In this document: positions 42,441 through 56,373 of the stretch, piece by piece | Position numbering within the stretch: the first letter of the stretch is position 1 | How the letters are laid out: the number at the start of each line of letters is the position of its first letter | From: an uncultured Desulfatitalea sp. | GTDB lineage: Bacteria; Desulfobacterota; Desulfobacteria; Desulfobacterales; Desulfosarcinaceae | NCBI GenBank assembly: GCA_963668675.2 | Contig: CAXXMB010000001.1 | Coordinates: 352,001-416,000 of the forward strand | DNA: 64,000 nucleotides | Direction: 5' to 3' | Made by a program: the position numbers and the translations under genes | The notes under the pieces: generated by a model | The model's input: only the letters and a program-made list of their open reading frames with translations | What the model was told of the DNA's origin: nothing | Database searches by the model: none

Positions 42441-43036
42441 GGGCGGGGATAAACCCCGCCCCTACGAAATATGATTCCAAACGTTGTGATTGAACAGCCG
42501 AAACGTAAAAGAATCCGTTTGAATGCAGCAGCATATAGACAAAATCATCCTTTTTCTATAACCATATCGACGTTTAATAAGTATCCATGGTTTCAGATAC
42601 ACCCAAAATTGGCAGAAAAACTTTCGGCGACCATTCTGGATGTGTCTGCTGCACACGGTACGCTCGTGTATGCATGGTGCATCATGCCGGATCATGTGCA
42701 TTTACTGTTACAAGATAGCGATATTGTCGCTTTTGTCAGGATGATAAAGGGGAGAGTTTCGCCATATAGCAGGCGTCTTGAACCGGGGCGAAAGCTCTGG
42801 CAACGTAGTTTTTATGATCATGCACTGCGGTCCGAAGAGACAATTTTCGACGTGGCTCGTTATATCTTTGGCAATGCAGTAAGGGCGAAATTGGTAACAG
42901 CAGCATCAGACTATCCATTGTCCGGTTCGCTCGTCTGGCCAAAGTGGAGGCAAAAGCTAACCGACTCGTAGGGGCGGGGTTTATCCCCGCCCGCGAACGG
43001 CTAACCCACTCGTAGGGGCGGGGTTTATCCCCGCCC
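42441..43036 (+). mobile_element. REPtron: RAYT gene with flanking REPs (42441-42465 inverted; 42968-42992 and 43012-43036 direct)
   Basis: Three copies of GTAG-GGGCGGGGTTTATCCCCGCCC around an HUH/Y1 transposase, inserted between livF and argC. Confidence 0.9.
42471..42971 (+). CDS. REP-associated tyrosine transposase (RAYT/TnpA-REP)
   Basis: RKRIRL, IMPDHVHLL (HUH), WQRSFYDH, YIFGNAVRAKLV. Confidence 0.9.
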   Translation: MIPNVVIEQPKRKRIRLNAAAYRQNHPFSITISTFNKYPWFQIHPKLAEKLSATILDVSAAHGTLVYAWCIMPDHVHLLLQDSDIVAFVRMIKGRVSPYSRRLEPGRKLWQRSFYDHALRSEETIFDVARYIFGNAVRAKLVTAASDYPLSGSLVWPKWRQKLTDS

Positions 43037-43116
43037 GTATGTAGCAGGATTTTTTCGGTTATTTGATATGGTAGCACCTTCCACTATCTACAGCCGGAAA
43101 AAGCGCAGGAGCAAAA

Positions 43117-44151
43117 ATGATAAAAGCAGGTGTTATCGGAGCCTCGGGATACGCCGGGGCGGATTTGGTGCGTATTCTTGCGGGTCATCCGCAGGTCTCT
43201 CTCGCCTCTTTGACCTGCCGGACGGATGCCGGGAAGCGATTCGACGAGATCTACCCGGCCATGACCGGTTGGGTCGACCTGGTTTGCGAAACATATGACG
43301 TTGAAAAGCTGGCCCAAGCCGTGGACGTGGTTTTTACCGCGCTGCCCCACCAACTGCCCATGGGCATCGTCCCCGAACTGCTGGACAAGGGGTTGCGTAT
43401 CGTCGATTTGTCGGCCGACTTCCGCTTCAAGGATCCCAAGCGGTACGAGGCCCACTACCAGGCTCACACCGCTCCGGATTTGTTGGCGCAGGCCGTTTAC
43501 GGGCTCTGTGAAGTCTATGCGGATCAAATCAGAGGCGCCGAGCTGATCGGCAATCCGGGCTGTTACCCTACCAGCTTGCTCCTGCCCCTTGTCCCTCTGA
43601 TCAAGGCAAACCTGATCGATACCGACCTGCTCATTGCCGACGCCAAATCGGGTGTCAGCGGGGCAGGGCGCGGTGCCAACCAGACCACCCATTTCTGCCA
43701 CGTAAACGAGTCGTTTAAGGCTTACAAGGTCGGTGGCCATCGCCACACGCCTGAGATGGAGGCGATCCTGTCCGAAGCCGGTGGGCACCCGATTCATTTG
43801 AATTTTGTCCCCCATTTGGTTCCCATGACGCGGGGAATGGAGACCACGATTTATACCCAGCCTCGCAACGGAGTGACCATTGACCAGATCGCGGATTGCC
43901 TGCAGACGTTCTATGAGGGGCGGCCTTTCGTAAGACTGCGCGGTGAAACACCGCCGGACACGCTGAACGTCAAAGGGACCAACTGCTGCGACATAGGGTA
44001 TAAGCTGGATCATCGCAACGGGCGGTTGATCCTGATGTCCGCCATCGACAACCTGGTGAAAGGGGCGGCAGGGCAGGCGGTCCAAAACATGAATATCATG
44101 TTCGAGTTGGATGAAACGGAAGGCTTGGATGTTTGCCCTTGCCCACTGTGA
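43117..44151 (+). CDS. argC: N-acetyl-gamma-glutamyl-phosphate reductase
   Basis: GASGYAG, DLSADFR, NPGCYPT, SGVSGAGR, HRHTPE, DNLVKGAAGQA. Confidence 0.97.
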   Translation: MIKAGVIGASGYAGADLVRILAGHPQVSLASLTCRTDAGKRFDEIYPAMTGWVDLVCETYDVEKLAQAVDVVFTALPHQLPMGIVPELLDKGLRIVDLSADFRFKDPKRYEAHYQAHTAPDLLAQAVYGLCEVYADQIRGAELIGNPGCYPTSLLLPLVPLIKANLIDTDLLIADAKSGVSGAGRGANQTTHFCHVNESFKAYKVGGHRHTPEMEAILSEAGGHPIHLNFVPHLVPMTRGMETTIYTQPRNGVTIDQIADCLQTFYEGRPFVRLRGETPPDTLNVKGTNCCDIGYKLDHRNGRLILMSAIDNLVKGAAGQAVQNMNIMFELDETEGLDVCPCPL

Positions 44152-44285
44152 TTTCTTGACATCAATCCCGATATGAAATAATGGGTTAGACCATATCAAT
44201 AACCGAAACTACATCTTCAAAACGAATCACGATAGATATAGGGGATACCCCAAAATTCAACCATTCTGAAAGGAGAGAAGAGCAG

Positions 44286-45194
44286 ATGACCGCACAGCTT
44301 ATCAAGGGCACAGAGATTAGGGAGCAAATCCTTGAAGAGATTACTGCCGAAGTGGCTCAAATCAAGGAGAAGCACGGAGTGGTTCCCGGGTTGGTCACCA
44401 TACTGGTGGGCGAAAATCCGGCCTCCATCTCCTACGTCACCCTGAAGATCAAGACGGCCCACAGGGTCGGGTTCACCGAGATCCAGGACAGCCAACCGGT
44501 GGACATTTCAGAAGAAGATCTGCTCACCCTGATCGACAAGTACAACAAGGACGATAAAATCAATGGCATCCTGGTTCAGCTGCCCCTGCCCAAGCACATC
44601 GATGAAAAGAAGGTGCTCAATGCCATCGATCCGGACAAAGATGTGGATGGTTTTCATCCGGTCAACGTCGGGCGCCTGATGATCGGCGGCAAAGAGGTCA
44701 AGTTTCCGCCCTGTACGCCTGCCGGCATCCAGGAGATGATCGTGCGCGCCGGTGTTGAGACCAGCGGCGCAGAGGTGGTGGTTGTGGGACGCTCCAATAT
44801 CGTCGGCAAACCGATTGCCAACATGATGGTCCAGAAGGGACCGGGCGCAAATTCCACCGTAACCGTGGTTCACACACGCACCAAGGATCTGGCCGCCCAT
44901 TGCCAACGGGCCGATATCCTGATCGTTGCTGCCGGCGTGCCCAACCTGGTCAAACCCGAGTGGATCAAACCCGGCGCTTGCGTGATCGATGTGGGCGTTA
45001 ACCGCGTGGGTGAGAAGATCAGCGAAAAGACCGGTAAGAAAATTGCAATCCTGCGCGGCGACGTTGATTTCGATACAGCCAAAGAGATCGCTGGTTTCAT
45101 TACACCGGTGCCTGGCGGGGTTGGACCGATGACCATCACCATGCTGATGCTCAACACGCTCAAGTCTCTCAAGTTCAAACTGGGATTGGAATAG
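44286..45194 (+). CDS. folD: Methylene-THF dehydrogenase/cyclohydrolase
   Basis: GILVQLPLP, KDVDGFHP, PCTP, GRSNIVGKP, TPVPGGVGPMT. Confidence 0.97.
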   Translation: MTAQLIKGTEIREQILEEITAEVAQIKEKHGVVPGLVTILVGENPASISYVTLKIKTAHRVGFTEIQDSQPVDISEEDLLTLIDKYNKDDKINGILVQLPLPKHIDEKKVLNAIDPDKDVDGFHPVNVGRLMIGGKEVKFPPCTPAGIQEMIVRAGVETSGAEVVVVGRSNIVGKPIANMMVQKGPGANSTVTVVHTRTKDLAAHCQRADILIVAAGVPNLVKPEWIKPGACVIDVGVNRVGEKISEKTGKKIAILRGDVDFDTAKEIAGFITPVPGGVGPMTITMLMLNTLKSLKFKLGLE

Positions 45195-45287
45195 ATTTAG
45201 ATTTGGGTATCCATCGGGCCCAGAGGGCACAGAGCTGTCGCTGTCAGGGCAATGGGTGGGTGCCTCTCGAACGGTTTAGAGGGATAG

Positions 45288-45318
45288 ATACGCGGGCGGG
45301 TGAACCCCGCCCGCGTAT
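45288..45318. repeat. REP-derived palindrome lacking GTAG (possible folD terminator)
   Basis: ATACGCGGGCGGG-TGAAC-CCCGCCCGCGTAT. Confidence 0.55.
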
Positions 45319-45361
45319 ATAGCGAAAACCCAACAAATTCAAAAGCAAAGAGCCGTCGAGG

Positions 45362-45390
45362 TTGACAGGTACCCGACCGTATGATATTTT
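45362..45390 (+). promoter_or_regulatory. Putative sigma70 promoter for M23 gene/secA
   Basis: TTGACA-N17-TATTTT with an extended -10 TG. Confidence 0.4.
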
Positions 45391-45647
45391 GACGCCATCT
45401 CTAATCGACAATAAGTTTAACCACCTGAATTTTCATCGTATATAATGGTTTGGCGAAACAAGGGAGTTCAGGTGTTCAATATAGATATCAAATAGATTCA
45501 GGTGCTAATTCAGCCGGGACGCCATCGTCTGACGGTGAAGCGTTGTCAGACGAACGCTCTGCACACTGCAGACACCGGCAAACCAACCGTTAGCAGTTTC
45601 TCCAAGCGCCCATATTTAGAGCAGATCCGATCAGCACAGGTTTGATT

Positions 45648-46574
45648 ATGAAACAAAAGCTCTCTCTTATTGTCCTGGGTGGTTCCGGTTCGAAAATCAG
45701 GCAGATTCATCTGACGGGCAGACACGCCGCTTTTTTGGCATTGGCCGTCTGCGTGACCGTCACAACCCTCCTGTATGGTGCTGTAGACTACGTGGTCATG
45801 CGCTCCGAGATGACCGATAAAGGGATGATTGAACGGCAATTGGCAGCCCAAAACGAAGAGGTGTCGCTGCAGAGGCGCCAGATCGAGAAATTTGCCCAGG
45901 ATATCAATGACCTTAAGGCGCGGATCGTTCTACTCGATAGATTCGAAAAGAAAATCAGGCTGCTTGCCAACATCGATCAGCCTGGAGATACAGATGGACT
46001 GTTCGGTGTAGGCGGTTCAACTCCGGATGATCTCGATCCCAAGGTGGAGGTAAATCAGGCACAAAACAGGCTCATCAAGGATATGCACCGGCAGGTCAAA
46101 GTGCTCTCCAATGCCTCCGCAAAACAAGAGAGTACGTTGACGCTGCTCTTGGGCCAACTGGAGGAGCAGAAGAATGTGCTGGCGCACACACCGGCCATCC
46201 GACCTGCACAGGGATGGATTACCTCCCGATTCGATTACCGTGTTTCCCCGTTCACCGGGCGGCGGGAGTTCCACAAGGGAATCGATATCGCCAATCGTAA
46301 AGGTACCCCGATCGTCGCTACTGCTGATGGCGTCGTCTCCTTTATGGGCGACAAAGGCTCGCTGGGCCAGGTTGTGATCATCGACCACGGTTACGGCATC
46401 GTGACCCGTTATGCCCATATCGATAAGGGGCTGAAACAGAGAGGAGAGCGGGTCCGTAGAGGCGATGTGGTCGCGCTCATGGGAAATACCGGGCGCAGTA
46501 CCGGCCCCCATCTGCACTATGAGGTGCGATTGAACGGCGTTCCGGTCAATCCGACAACCTACATTCTCAATTGA
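45648..46574 (+). CDS. M23 family murein endopeptidase with TM and coiled coil
   Basis: HKGID, YAH, GNTGRSTGPHLHYEV. Confidence 0.92.
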   Translation: MKQKLSLIVLGGSGSKIRQIHLTGRHAAFLALAVCVTVTTLLYGAVDYVVMRSEMTDKGMIERQLAAQNEEVSLQRRQIEKFAQDINDLKARIVLLDRFEKKIRLLANIDQPGDTDGLFGVGGSTPDDLDPKVEVNQAQNRLIKDMHRQVKVLSNASAKQESTLTLLLGQLEEQKNVLAHTPAIRPAQGWITSRFDYRVSPFTGRREFHKGIDIANRKGTPIVATADGVVSFMGDKGSLGQVVIIDHGYGIVTRYAHIDKGLKQRGERVRRGDVVALMGNTGRSTGPHLHYEVRLNGVPVNPTTYILN

Positions 46575-46802
46575 CCGGCTGATCGTGCCACCCGTCATCG
46601 AAAATCCCACCCCATCATTATCGAACAGCAGTTGAGAGACCGTGCGGCCGCCCGCTGTCCGCAACCATAGAATTGCCTTGAGTCTGCCTGGAAAATATTT
46701 TAGGCTGGCCGTGATTTCATCAGGAGCGACCGCAAAGTGACCTCTTTCGCAGCAAGAAATCCGGCCGCTCCAAAGGCAATTTGCAATTATTGAGTGCTCT
46801 TT

Positions 46803-46860
46803 CCGTCATGGCGGATCATGTCCGGCATGACGGTATGATGACTTTCTACGAGTTCGTCAT
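46803..46860. repeat. CGTCATG..CATGACG palindromic element
   Basis: CCGTCATGGCGGATCATGTCCGGCATGACGG followed by GACTTTCTACGAGTTCGTCA. Confidence 0.55.
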
Positions 46861-46899
46861 CATTGAAATAGACAAATCCCAGGAAGGACTTTAATCCTC

Positions 46900-49431
<2,532 letters not shown>

Positions 49432-49454
49432 ACGCCAACGGAATCACCAATAGA

Positions 49455-49916
49455 ATGATGCATATCGGGATTATCTCTGACACACACGGATTTTTAAGCA
49501 AGTCGGCAGTCGATGCATTGAAAGGCGTGGACCACATTGTGCATGCAGGCGACGTCGGCGGACCCGAGATTCTCCAAGCGCTCAACCTGATCGCACCGGT
49601 CACTGCGGTGCGCGGCAACACGGACGGCGGCAGTTGGGCCAAGCAGTTGCCGCCAACCAATATGATCTCGATAGAAAATGTGACACTCTATGTCCTGCAC
49701 GACCTGCACACGCTCGATATCGATCCTGAAACGGCCGGTATCACGGTTGTCATCAGCGGTCATACCCACCAACCCGAAATCAAAAACGCAAACGGTATCC
49801 TCTACTTCAATCCCGGCTCTGCCGGCCAGGCCAGAAATGGCGGCCCATTGAGTATCGGCCGGATCACAATATCGGACAGCGGCAGCCATCCCGAGATCAT
49901 AGTTCTGAGGCAATAG
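49455..49916 (+). CDS. YfcE-like metallophosphoesterase
   Basis: ISDTHG, HAGD, VRGNTD, SGHTH, FNPGS. Confidence 0.9.
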   Translation: MMHIGIISDTHGFLSKSAVDALKGVDHIVHAGDVGGPEILQALNLIAPVTAVRGNTDGGSWAKQLPPTNMISIENVTLYVLHDLHTLDIDPETAGITVVISGHTHQPEIKNANGILYFNPGSAGQARNGGPLSIGRITISDSGSHPEIIVLRQ

Positions 49917-49963
49917 AAATCGGGATGAACCCGCAGAAAGTTCTTCGAAACGGTACACTGCAT

Positions 49964-50087
49964 AAGTCCCCCTTTTCCAAAGGGGGATTTAGGGGGATTT
50001 TAAGTTGTTAGAAAAATAGTCAATAGGTTGCAGTCAATGCGAACCCAGCAAAATCCCCCCCGGCCCCCCTTTGAGAAAGGGGGGAGA
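49964..50087. repeat. Inverted pair of CCCCCTTT..AAAGGGGG palindromes
   Basis: TCCCCCTTTTCCAAAGGGGGATTTAGGGGGATTT ... AAATCCCCCCCGGCCCCCCTTTGAGAAAGGGGGGA. Confidence 0.7.
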
Positions 50088-50135
50088 CGGTACCGGGAAA
50101 TGCTTTGCCAAACGGTACAACGTTCATCAACTCGC

Positions 50136-50165
50136 CTGGATGCCGGGTCAAGCCCGGCATGACGG
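50136..50165. repeat. Half copy of the ..CCGGCATGAC palindromic element
   Basis: CTGGATGCCGGGTCAAGCCCGGCATGACGG, resembles 10269-10298. Confidence 0.6.
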
Positions 50166-50360
50166 GTAAGTGGCTCTGCACTGTTATGGCCTTCCCGATT
50201 AAAGAATTTGCCTATCGGATCGATAATCTATTCAAACAAAACAGAGACGGGGGCTTTCGTATCTATACAAATTCAACCCCTTTACAAACTCCGAACCTGA
50301 TGCTTATAATTGACTTCAGCCGAGAATGAAGCAGAAGAAAGCCGTTGACGATACGATCAC

Positions 50361-50675
50361 ATGAGTCAATATCTGCCCGAAACCATAGGGGATGTTAATG
50401 CCAAGACCGAACATGACCTCAATGAACCGGCCATGTACAAAGTCTTGCTTCACAACGACGACTACACAACCATGGAGTTCGTCGTCCAGGTCCTCATGGT
50501 GGTTTTTCACAAATCCGTCGAGGATGCGACCCGCATCATGCTCAATGTACACAAGCAGGGAATCGGTGTGTGCGGCTTGTTTACCTACGACATTGCAGAG
50601 ACCAAAGTCGAGACCGTCACGCGAATGTCCCGTGACAACGGACATCCTTTAAAATGCACCATGGAGAAAGCATAA
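50361..50675 (+). CDS. clpS: Clp protease adaptor
   Basis: YKVLLHNDDYTTMEFV, IAETKV, HPLKCTME. Confidence 0.97.
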   Translation: MSQYLPETIGDVNAKTEHDLNEPAMYKVLLHNDDYTTMEFVVQVLMVVFHKSVEDATRIMLNVHKQGIGVCGLFTYDIAETKVETVTRMSRDNGHPLKCTMEKA

Positions 50676-50679
50676 GACC

Positions 50680-52929
<2,250 letters not shown>

Positions 52930-52961
52930 CGAAACCGTCGTCTTAATTTCACTCTTAAAAT

Positions 52962-52993
52962 GTAGGGGCGGGGTTCATCCCCGCCCGTTTTTT
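52962..52993 (+). repeat. Single GTAG REP followed by a T-run
   Basis: GTAGGGGCGGGGTTCATCCCCGCCC-GTTTTTT. Confidence 0.85.
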
Positions 52994-53022
52994 CTTCTCG
53001 GTTCGTATCAAACGTAACAACC

Positions 53023-53703
53023 ATGCCTGTTTTCCAACTTTCAGATGATCCCGTCTTCCCACCACCCCACCTGGCCACCAAAGAGGGGCTGCTGGCCGTG
53101 GGCGGGGATTTAGATCCTGAACGACTCCTTGCCGCCTACCGGCAGGGCATCTTCCCCTGGTACTCGGACGGTGATCCCATCCTGTGGTGGTCGCCAAACC
53201 CCAGGATGGTGCTCTATCCTCAAGAGTTTAAACAATCCAGATCATTCAAACGAACATTGCGCCGGGGAACTTATCGGGTCTCCTTGGACACCTCATTCGA
53301 ACGCGTCATCAAAGCGTGCGCAAAACTGAGACGTGAAAACGGCGAAGGAACCTGGATTACAACGGAGATGATCAGTGCCTACGTCAACTTACACACTTTG
53401 GGCTACGCCCATTCTGTAGAGGCGTGGCACGAAGGAGAGCTGGTTGGTGGGCTCTATGGTATTGCTTTGGGACGGGTCTTTTTCGGTGAATCGATGTTTT
53501 CAACCATGAGTGACGCCTCAAAAGTATGTCTATACCATCTTACTGAATTTCTATTGAAATATCAGTTTTTAATCATTGATTGCCAGGTTCCTACCGCACA
53601 TCTGATGCGATTGGGGGCGCGCAACATTGCCCGCCAGGATTTTCTCGCGGAAATAGAGAAGGCCCAAAAACTCCCCTCCTTGAAAGGGGCTTGGCAAATT
53701 TGA
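53023..53703 (+). CDS. aat: Leucyl/phenylalanyl-tRNA-protein transferase
   Basis: GLLAVGGDL, AYRQGIFPW, WWSP, AHSVE, FFGESMF, IDCQ. Confidence 0.97.
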   Translation: MPVFQLSDDPVFPPPHLATKEGLLAVGGDLDPERLLAAYRQGIFPWYSDGDPILWWSPNPRMVLYPQEFKQSRSFKRTLRRGTYRVSLDTSFERVIKACAKLRRENGEGTWITTEMISAYVNLHTLGYAHSVEAWHEGELVGGLYGIALGRVFFGESMFSTMSDASKVCLYHLTEFLLKYQFLIIDCQVPTAHLMRLGARNIARQDFLAEIEKAQKLPSLKGAWQI

Positions 53704-53978
53704 CTCACTTGATTGTATTGGATTTGTCTAAGCCTGTATTCCCTTCGGTTAGAGCAAAGGCGCATCAATTGGATTTTCAATCGTCTTGCTATCAAAATAA
53801 TATTGTTGTATATATGGTACGTTATCCTTCATAAAACCGAAGGCATAGAGCCATCATAACCGTTTGAGTTGGGTGTTCGAAGTAGAGAACGCGCAAAATC
53901 GAAGCCGAAAGAGAGCTGGCAGCAAATTACATTCCGCTAATTGGAGGTAACGTCACTTTCAATTTTAAGGAGCGGCAG

Positions 53979-54350
53979 ATGGGTTCATCTTATAAAGTCC
54001 TTATCATCGATGATACAGAAGAAGTGCTGTCCGCACTTTGCAAATATTTTAAGCAAAAAGGATATGAGGTTTTATCCGCATCCAATGGATTGGATGGGCT
54101 TAAAATGATTGAATCGGATAAGGATGACCTCGATATCATCATTACCGACCTGGTGCTGCCAAATATCAGTGGCGTGGCTGTTATCTCCATCGTCAAAAAG
54201 AAATACCCGCTCTTGCCGGTTATTGCGATCACTGGCTGGGGTGAGCACCCTGAGGCGCTGGCGAAAGAGGCCAAAGCTGATTTGGTGATGGAAAAACCGT
54301 TTAAACTGCCGGAACTCGAAAAAGCTGCCAGGGACCTCCTTGTAAAATAG
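53979..54350 (+). CDS. Single-domain response regulator
   Basis: IIDD, ITDLVLP, AITG, EKPF; AAGGAG SD. Confidence 0.9.
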   Translation: MGSSYKVLIIDDTEEVLSALCKYFKQKGYEVLSASNGLDGLKMIESDKDDLDIIITDLVLPNISGVAVISIVKKKYPLLPVIAITGWGEHPEALAKEAKADLVMEKPFKLPELEKAARDLLVK

Positions 54351-54362
54351 AGATTGTGAAAA

Positions 54363-55412
54363 ATGGGACCACCCATAATAGGCGTTAGCGAAAATATCCA
54401 AAAAATAAAAGAGCTTGTAGAGCATGTGGCTCACACAGGCTTTAACACAGTTATATTCGGAGAAAGTGGTGTGGGCAAAGAGGTTATAGCCCAGAATCTT
54501 TATCAAAAATCGCCACGTATAGGAAAACCATTCGTTAAAATTAACTGTGCAGCACTGCCTGAGGGACTTCTCGAGAGCGAATTGTTCGGTTATGAACGCG
54601 GTGCTTTCACAGGGGCGGAACAAAAGCGAAGAGGCAAATTTCAGCTTGCCCATGGCGGCGTGCTATTGCTTGATGAGATCGGGGACATGTCACTTGTTTT
54701 GCAAGCCAAGCTGCTCCACGTATTGCAAAGTGGTGAATTTGCTCCGTTGGGATCAGAAAAAGAGGTAAAAACAGATACATGGGTTATTGCAGCAACAAAC
54801 CACGATCTCAAACAGGATATCAGCGATGGGAAATTTCGTGAGGATTTGTACTATCGTTTGAATATCATCAAAATTTATATGAGCCCATTGAGAGAAAGGC
54901 CTGAGGATATTGAACCACTCATTTCTTACTATCTAGAGCAGTATACATCGCAGTTGGGATCTATAAATATCGAGGTTCCTGACAGATCTATCATTGAGAG
55001 ATTGAAACAATACCATTGGCCAGGAAATGTCCGCGAACTTCAAAATGTTCTAAAGAGGATGCTGGTACTGGGGGATTGTAGCAAAATCATCGATGAGTTG
55101 TTCGATGGTATGGATAAACCAAATAGCAAGATCCCTTTTATCAAATCTGATCAGGAACAGACCCGCAAACACTCTTTTCTGGATTTTGGGGGTAAGGAAT
55201 TTATCGATAACAGCTCGTTTTCTCTGAAAGCAGCTAAGAAAAAGGCTGTTGATAAAGTTGAAGAAGAGATAATTTCATATGTATTAGAAAAAACGGATTG
55301 GAATAGAAGCAAGGCGGCAAAAATACTTAAAGTAAGCTACAAGACATTGCTGAATAAGATCGCAGAGCTAAATATCAATCCACCTTCAAACAATAGGGAT
55401 TCCTGCGATTAA
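54363..55412 (+). CDS. sigma54-dependent activator lacking an N-terminal regulatory domain
   Basis: GESGVGKE, ESELFG, GAFTGA, LLDEIG, FREDLYYRL, WPGNVREL, Fis-type HTH. Confidence 0.93.
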   Translation: MGPPIIGVSENIQKIKELVEHVAHTGFNTVIFGESGVGKEVIAQNLYQKSPRIGKPFVKINCAALPEGLLESELFGYERGAFTGAEQKRRGKFQLAHGGVLLLDEIGDMSLVLQAKLLHVLQSGEFAPLGSEKEVKTDTWVIAATNHDLKQDISDGKFREDLYYRLNIIKIYMSPLRERPEDIEPLISYYLEQYTSQLGSINIEVPDRSIIERLKQYHWPGNVRELQNVLKRMLVLGDCSKIIDELFDGMDKPNSKIPFIKSDQEQTRKHSFLDFGGKEFIDNSSFSLKAAKKKAVDKVEEEIISYVLEKTDWNRSKAAKILKVSYKTLLNKIAELNINPPSNNRDSCD

Positions 55413-55598
55413 ATATTGCCAGATTTATTCTCATAGAGAAACTTATTACCTACCCATATATTTCCTTTTAGACATGTTTTGGCGAAATATTTATACCTTT
55501 CAAACTAAACCCTTTTCAAATATTTACAAAAATAAATAAATACAAACACTTAATGGAGTGATTGGGCTTCCATTACTTTTCTGTCTATAATGCCAAGC

Positions 55599-55614
55599 CG
55601 GTATTGATATTGCA
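55599..55614 (+). promoter_or_regulatory. Putative sigma54 promoter
   Basis: CGGTATTGATATTGCA (GG-N10-GC). Confidence 0.5.
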
Positions 55615-55784
55615 TATTATCTTTTGTTATAGAGAACTGCAAAAATGCAAAACGGATCTATATGAATAAAAATCAGAATAGGCATTTTGCAGTGCCGATG
55701 GGAAAGAAAATGGCGTCTCAGACAACATGCAATGAACATCATTGAATTTCGATCCTATATCCCCTGTATCTGGAGAGGGCGACA

Positions 55785-55961
55785 GTGAACATAAAAATGA
55801 ATGATAATGGCGGACGAAGGAAAAAGTCTGATCGCCGGCAATTCGAATATACATTTCACATACCTGAAAGAAGAGATGGAAGCGACCGGCGTGAGGGCAG
55901 TGATCGGCGTGAAAAGGATAGGGAAATCAGAAGGCAACTTGACATTAATCAGACTCAATAA
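55785..55961 (+). CDS. 58-aa Arg-rich DRR-repeat small protein (not in the ORF track)
   Basis: GGAGAGG SD, GTG 55785 (or ATG 55797): MNIKMNDNGGRRKKSDRRQFEYTFHIPERRDGSDRREGSDRREKDREIRRQLDINQTQ*. Confidence 0.75.
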   Translation: MNIKMNDNGGRRKKSDRRQFEYTFHIPERRDGSDRREGSDRREKDREIRRQLDINQTQ

Positions 55962-56229
55962 AATTTCTCTCCTCAAAACGATACGTCCACCCTCCAAAAT
56001 CTGCATTGCCCGCCAGGTGTGGCATTGGTTTCCTATCATTGCGGTGAATTATTCCACAAAGTGGCAAGTGATTACTCACCCTCTTGGAGCCTTTAAGCGC
56101 TGATAAGGTTCTCCTTATATTTGCGGCCAATGCTTTCTTTTCTTACATAAACACATAACTAACTTAAATTATAGTAAATATAAATGTAGATGGGTGATGA
56201 TAATAATCCCTGTGGACAAATGTTTTTTA

Positions 56230-56244
56230 TGGCATGCAATTTGC
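56230..56244 (+). promoter_or_regulatory. sigma54 -24/-12 promoter
   Basis: TGGCATGCAATTTGC (GG-N10-GC) about 130 nt upstream of the operon. Confidence 0.75.
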
Positions 56245-56373
56245 GTAGATCTTGTGCAGTTGTATACAGAAGGGCGTAAAAATCCAATTGGATCTTATAT
56301 TTGATGTACAGTTAGTCTGCAATTCATGAAGTTTTGAACGTTATATATATCGTGTCTGAAGAAATGAGTATGG

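Noticed and set aside
42956..43036. Tandem 44-nt repeat as a mini-CRISPR
   Set aside because: Only two units, no unique spacers of CRISPR length and no cas genes; explained as REPs
44152..44285. THF or ZTP riboswitch before folD
   Set aside because: No consensus elements seen
45420..45555. Hairpins (CACCTGAA/TTCAGGTG; TCGTCTGAC/GTCAGACGA) as an ncRNA
   Set aside because: No family signature; cannot be supported beyond generic leader structure
54348..54362. Selenocysteine or pyrrolysine readthrough fusing receiver and activator
   Set aside because: Would need two different stops read through, and no SECIS-like hairpin is evident
55801..56103. 100-aa ORF from the track
   Set aside because: Overlaps the DRR ORF in another frame and has no recognisable motif; the DRR frame has the SD and a patterned sequence
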